Origin: Candidatus Norongarragalinales archaeon
Lineage (GTDB): Archaea > Micrarchaeota > Micrarchaeia > Norongarragalinales > DASYRB01
Assembly: GCA_036004805.1 (NCBI GenBank)
Contig: DASYRB010000008.1
Span: forward strand, 3,090-67,089
Length of the DNA: 64,000 nt
Direction of reading: 5' to 3'
Below, piece by piece: positions 60,212 through 64,000 of this stretch. The notes under the pieces were generated by a model. It made no database searches, was not told the DNA's origin, and saw only the letters and a list, made by a program, of their open reading frames with translations. The position numbers were made by a program, and so were the translations under genes. The stretch's first letter is position 1, and every line of letters begins with the position of its first letter.

Positions 60212-60814
60212 ATGAACACAAAAGAACTCGCAGCACTCGCCGTCATTGCAGCCATCGTCGCAGTTGGAGCGTACTTCTTACTCGTTCCCAAGAGCACCAC
60301 GCACGACGTGACGGGATTGAAAGTCATCACGGAACCACCCGCCGAGCCTCTTGCGGCGATCGCCGCGGTACTCGCGAGCGACACCGTAAAGCTTGAAGAA
60401 CACTTGCGCGCCGTGAACAGCACCGAAAACACTGCAGTGATAATTTCTAGCAGCGAAATCATGGCTGGTCTGTCGTCTTGCAGAAAAATATTGTTCTACG
60501 GCGTTCTCGATGACGGCACCAGCATCAATTGCCAAGAAGCGAACGGCTGCAGCAACAGCATCATCACCGTCCAAAAAGGACCTTGCGACTGCATCAAGGT
60601 AACAAGGAACCACGTCACGATCGAAGGCAGCGAACAATGGCTGCGCTACAACGCGCTCGCGTTCAAAAAACTCTTCAGCTTCACCGTAAAAGACACGTGC
60701 GTGCCACAAACACTACCCGCGCCAGTAATCACCGCGACACCAACACCATCACCCACGCCAACTGCGACTCCAACGCCTTCCGTGCCTGCGAACGCTTCGA
60801 ACACGACCGGCTAA
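60212..60814 (+). CDS. N-terminally anchored extracytoplasmic protein with Pro/Thr-rich tail, hypothetical
   Basis: ORF 60173..60814 trimmed to MNTKELAALAVIAAIVAVGAYFLLV (ATG at 60212). C-terminus TPTPSPTPTATPTPSVPANASNTTG. Confidence 0.6.
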   Translation: MNTKELAALAVIAAIVAVGAYFLLVPKSTTHDVTGLKVITEPPAEPLAAIAAVLASDTVKLEEHLRAVNSTENTAVIISSSEIMAGLSSCRKILFYGVLDDGTSINCQEANGCSNSIITVQKGPCDCIKVTRNHVTIEGSEQWLRYNALAFKKLFSFTVKDTCVPQTLPAPVITATPTPSPTPTATPTPSVPANASNTTG

Positions 60815-60888
60815 AGAAAAAACGAGGCGCGGCATTGTTCGTGTGGTTTTTAACAAGCAACCGAGTGAAAACTAGGAGTGCCTAATCC

Positions 60889-62352
60889 ATGCTAGAGAAC
60901 GAGCAAAAAGTATTGAAAACCCTCGCCGCGGCGAAGGGCGAGCTTTCGCTTGAAGACATTTCTGCAGAAACGATGCTGCCGCAAAGCACGATCGCGAGCG
61001 CCGTTTCGGCAATGGCTTTGAAGGAGTGGTTGAGCGAAAAAACGACCGAGAACGTTTTCACCACGATCACTCCAGAAGGAGAAAAATACCTCAAGCACGG
61101 CACTCCCGAAAAACGCCTCGTGCGCGCGGCCGCGAAGGGCAAGACGCTTTTCGAACACGCAGCCAAAAACGCCGGACTCTCCGACGCTGAGAAAGGAATC
61201 GCGCTGAAATGGGGCAAACAAATATCGCTCTTTTCGCTTAAACAAACAACTCAAGGACTCGAAATCGAGTTGTTGAAGGACAAGGAAGACGATCTCGCGC
61301 GCGACGAGTTCCTTCACGCCGCACAAAAAAACCCGGAAACCGCAGCAAAAAACAAGATCGCGCAAGACATGCAGCGCACCGGACTCGTAACGCTTCAATC
61401 ACGCAAATCTTCGCTCGTAAAAATCACTGCACAGGGAAGGAAGGCGCTCGAACACGAAAAGATCGACGTCTCGCAACTCACGCCCGACTTGTTGAAGGGC
61501 GGGAAGTGGAAAGGCGTCGTTTCGAAACTCAAGCCCTACGACCTATCGACAGTGATTGCGCCGTCGCAGGTCGGCAGGAAGCATGCTTACAAGGAACTGT
61601 TCGACAAAGTCAAAGACCAACTAGTCGGTCTCGGCTTCAAAGAGACGCATGGTCCGCTCGTGGAGCTCGATTTTTGGAACAGTGACGCGTTGTTCATGCC
61701 TCAAGACCACCCCGCGCGGGAAATTCACGACATTTTCGAGCTCGCAGAACCAAACACGGGCAACATTCCGAAACGGCTTTCAGAACGCGTGAAGCTCGCG
61801 CACGAAACCGGAGGCGCTTCAGGCAGTACGGGCTGGCATTATTCTTGGAACAAGAGCATCGCCGAGAAGCTCGTGATGCGATCACACTGCACCTCTGTCA
61901 GCGCGCGCAGCCTTGCGAAAGGAATCAAGCCGCCCGCACGACTGTTCACAATCGGCAAGGTTTTTCGTCCCGATACTATTGATTGGAGTCACTTCATCGA
62001 GTTCAACCAGCTCGACGGCATCGTCGTCGACGAAGACATGTCACTTGCAGAACTGCTCGGATATTTGAAGCGTTTCGCGATCGAGATCTTCGGCGCTACT
62101 GGAGTCAAGTTCGTTCCTTCTTACTTCCCGTTCACCGAGCCTAGCGTAGAGATGTACGCAGAAATTCCTGGCAGAGGATGGGTCGAGGTCGGAGGTAGTG
62201 GAATGTTCCGTCCGGAAATGCTCGAGGCATTGAACATCGACGTGCCCGTGCTCGCATGGGGTTTGGGCATCGACCGTCTCGCCTCCATGACGCTTGGCAT
62301 TTCAGACATCCGCATGCTGCACTCGACCGACTTGGCGCAATTGAAAAAGTGA
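60889..62352 (+). CDS. pheS: Phenylalanine--tRNA ligase alpha subunit
   Basis: 487 aa. N-terminal winged-helix repeats, then the class II core (HPAREIHDIF, FRPDTIDWSHFIEFNQLDG, GSGMFRPEML). Confidence 0.93.
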   Translation: MLENEQKVLKTLAAAKGELSLEDISAETMLPQSTIASAVSAMALKEWLSEKTTENVFTTITPEGEKYLKHGTPEKRLVRAAAKGKTLFEHAAKNAGLSDAEKGIALKWGKQISLFSLKQTTQGLEIELLKDKEDDLARDEFLHAAQKNPETAAKNKIAQDMQRTGLVTLQSRKSSLVKITAQGRKALEHEKIDVSQLTPDLLKGGKWKGVVSKLKPYDLSTVIAPSQVGRKHAYKELFDKVKDQLVGLGFKETHGPLVELDFWNSDALFMPQDHPAREIHDIFELAEPNTGNIPKRLSERVKLAHETGGASGSTGWHYSWNKSIAEKLVMRSHCTSVSARSLAKGIKPPARLFTIGKVFRPDTIDWSHFIEFNQLDGIVVDEDMSLAELLGYLKRFAIEIFGATGVKFVPSYFPFTEPSVEMYAEIPGRGWVEVGGSGMFRPEMLEALNIDVPVLAWGLGIDRLASMTLGISDIRMLHSTDLAQLKK

Positions 62353-62360
62353 ATTAGAAA

Positions 62361-64000
62361 ATGGTAAAGGTTGTTCTTTCGAAGAAAAGATTGCTGAAAT
62401 CGCTCGACAAGCTCAGCGACGAGCAGTTGCGCGAATACTTGCCGCAAATCAAGTGCGGCGTCGAAGCGATTAACGAGAACGAGATCGAAGTGGAAATAAC
62501 GAGCGATCGTCCAGACCTGCTAAGCACGGACGGCATCGCGCGAGCATTGAACGGTTGGTTAGGAAAACACGTCGGCCTGCCTAAAATGAACATCAAGCCA
62601 CCCGAAACTCTTATCGAAGTTGAGGAGAGCGTGGCAGGAATTCGTCCCATAATCGTCGGCGCGGTCGTCCACGGAATCAAGCTTTCCGACGACGATCTAG
62701 TTGATTTGATGCAGCAGCAGGAACGGTTGCACCAGACGCATGGACGCAGACGCAAAAAAGTCGCGATCGGTGTTCACGACACGGACAAAGTCAAGGGTCC
62801 TTTCACTTACAAGGCGATTACGCCAAAGAGCGTCAAGTTCGTGCCGCTCGGATGGAAACACGCGCTATCGCTCGAGGAAATTTTGTTGACGCACGAGAAA
62901 GGCAAAGACTATGCATGGGTCCTTGAAGGTCTTCACAAATACCCGTTGCTCGTCGACAAGCACGACGAAGTCTTGAGCTTTCCACCTATCATCAACGGCG
63001 CGTTGACGACCGTGACGAAAGGCACGCAGAACCTGTTCATCGACGTTACTGGCACGGATTTCGACGCTTGCAATACCGCGCTCAATATTTTGTGTCAGGA
63101 CTTCAGCGACCGCGGCGCGTTCGTGCACGGCGTGACCGTCAAGTCGCCCAAGGCTACCGTTGTTACGCCGGTGACGGAGCCGCAGAAAATGCGTGTAAGC
63201 GCTACGCAGATCAACAGGCTCGTCGGCGTGAAGCTTTACGCGAACGATTACGCCGAACTGCTGAAGCACCAGCGTCTCGGCACGGAACAGAAGGACGACT
63301 TTATTGACGTCAAGATTCCACGGTATCGAGCGGACTTCCTACACCCGATCGACATCGTCGAGGAAGCCGCGATCGCTTACGGCTTGAATAAGATAGCGAT
63401 CCGCGAGCCGGACGTGTTCACGAAGGGAAGCAAGAGCGAGCTGACTTACGCGCTGAATTCCTTCCGCGACAACCTAGCCAACGCGGGCTTCATTGAACTC
63501 AACACGCCCATTTTGACTTCTGAAGAATTGCTTCGAAAGTGCAAAGTGCAAAAAGAACCCGTAAAACTTTCGAATCCGATCAGCACGGATTTTGGTGTCG
63601 TGCGTCCAGTGTTGTGGCCGGGCTTGTTGGACGTGCTGTCGAAAAACATGCACCAGCCTTATCCGCAAAAGATTTTCGAAGTCAGCGAGACCGTGACGCG
63701 CGATGAAAAGCAGGACAACAAGACGCGCACCGAGTATCACATCTCGGGTGTTTCTTGCCACGCGAATGCGAGCCTTACTGAAATAGCGAGCGTGATGAAT
63801 GAAGTGTTGCGAAGAAAGTTTGGAGTGGAACTGGAGAAATTGTCGCATCCCGCGCTGCTCGAGGGAAGAAGCGCGAAAGTCATGCTGAACGGCAATAATT
63901 CGGGAATGGTTGGCGAAGTGCACCCAGAAATCTTAGAAGCTTTTGGTCTCGAGTTGCCTTGCGCTCTGTTCGACGTTGTTGTTGCGAGCGTTACCGAATA
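62361..64000 (+). CDS. pheT: Phenylalanine--tRNA ligase beta subunit (3'-truncated by the window end)
   Basis: Not in the ORF track (no stop inside the window). Hand translation from the ATG at 62361: MVKVVLSKKRLLKSLDKLSDEQLREYLPQIKCGVEAINENEIEVEITSDRPDLLSTDGIARAL...QERLHQTHGRRRKKVAIGVHD... Typical archaeal PheT, open to base 64000. Confidence 0.9.
   Translation, partial: MVKVVLSKKRLLKSLDKLSDEQLREYLPQIKCGVEAINENEIEVEITSDRPDLLSTDGIARALNGWLGKHVGLPKMNIKPPETLIEVEESVAGIRPIIVGAVVHGIKLSDDDLVDLMQQQERLHQTHGRRRKKVAIGVHDTDKVKGPFTYKAITPKSVKFVPLGWKHALSLEEILLTHEKGKDYAWVLEGLHKYPLLVDKHDEVLSFPPIINGALTTVTKGTQNLFIDVTGTDFDACNTALNILCQDFSDRGAFVHGVTVKSPKATVVTPVTEPQKMRVSATQINRLVGVKLYANDYAELLKHQRLGTEQKDDFIDVKIPRYRADFLHPIDIVEEAAIAYGLNKIAIREPDVFTKGSKSELTYALNSFRDNLANAGFIELNTPILTSEELLRKCKVQKEPVKLSNPISTDFGVVRPVLWPGLLDVLSKNMHQPYPQKIFEVSETVTRDEKQDNKTRTEYHISGVSCHANASLTEIASVMNEVLRRKFGVELEKLSHPALLEGRSAKVMLNGNNSGMVGEVHPEILEAFGLELPCALFDVVVASVTE

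Noticed and set aside
1-64000. CRISPR arrays, cas genes, rRNA operons, IS elements
   Set aside because: No regularly spaced short direct repeats were seen, and no Cas-like, transposase-like or rRNA-like sequence. The only tandem repeat noted is the in-frame 2 x 69 bp duplication at 47551.

Overview
Densely packed chromosomal segment from an archaeon. Roughly 85 features, short or overlapping gene junctions, no rRNA, no CRISPR array, and no transposase or integrase. The gene content and the many lineage-specific small proteins suggest a small-genome (DPANN-like) lineage, but that placement is inference only. Archaeal hallmarks are EF-1alpha + S10, topoisomerase VI A/B, PriL/PriS primase with GINS, PCNA, eIF2-alpha, Nop10, L44e, S27e, prefoldin beta, RpoL, Csl4, LonB, CDP-archaeol synthase, SecF/SecD, archaeal signal peptidase and PheRS alpha/beta. 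Metabolic content: a 2-oxoacid dehydrogenase E1alpha/E1beta/E2 cluster with lipoate ligase and lipoyl synthase but no E3; agmatinase; a RuBisCO-superfamily protein with non-canonical active-site motifs; and a P-type ATPase paired with an orphan binding protein. Four tRNAs were folded by hand: Ser-TGA, Asn-GTT, Gln-CTG, Leu-CAG. There are two type II toxin-antitoxin modules, HicAB and a VapBC-like pair. Several genes absent from the ORF track were found by hand translation: Nop10, S27e, the PIN toxin, PheT, a 57-aa membrane protein, a 53-aa zinc ribbon and a 53-aa coiled coil. The most interesting unexplained content is a set of lineage-specific paralogous families. (1) A four-copy orphan family (PGSVGSLxY / WIQGxF / GGWRxHL motifs) clustered after tRNA-Leu at 36.6-41.7 kb. 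(2) Three 'MSKLEKF...' HEAT-repeat mini-proteins, one translationally coupled inside the priL-priS operon. (3) A tandem pair of 'KVPNPHPKLV' repeat proteins. (4) A divergent pair of large orphan proteins at 14.8-17.7 kb. Also notable are a mini archaeosortase-like gene abutting carS and a glycoprotein operon. Many long Arg-rich ORFs in the track are out-of-frame or antisense shadows of real genes and were rejected.
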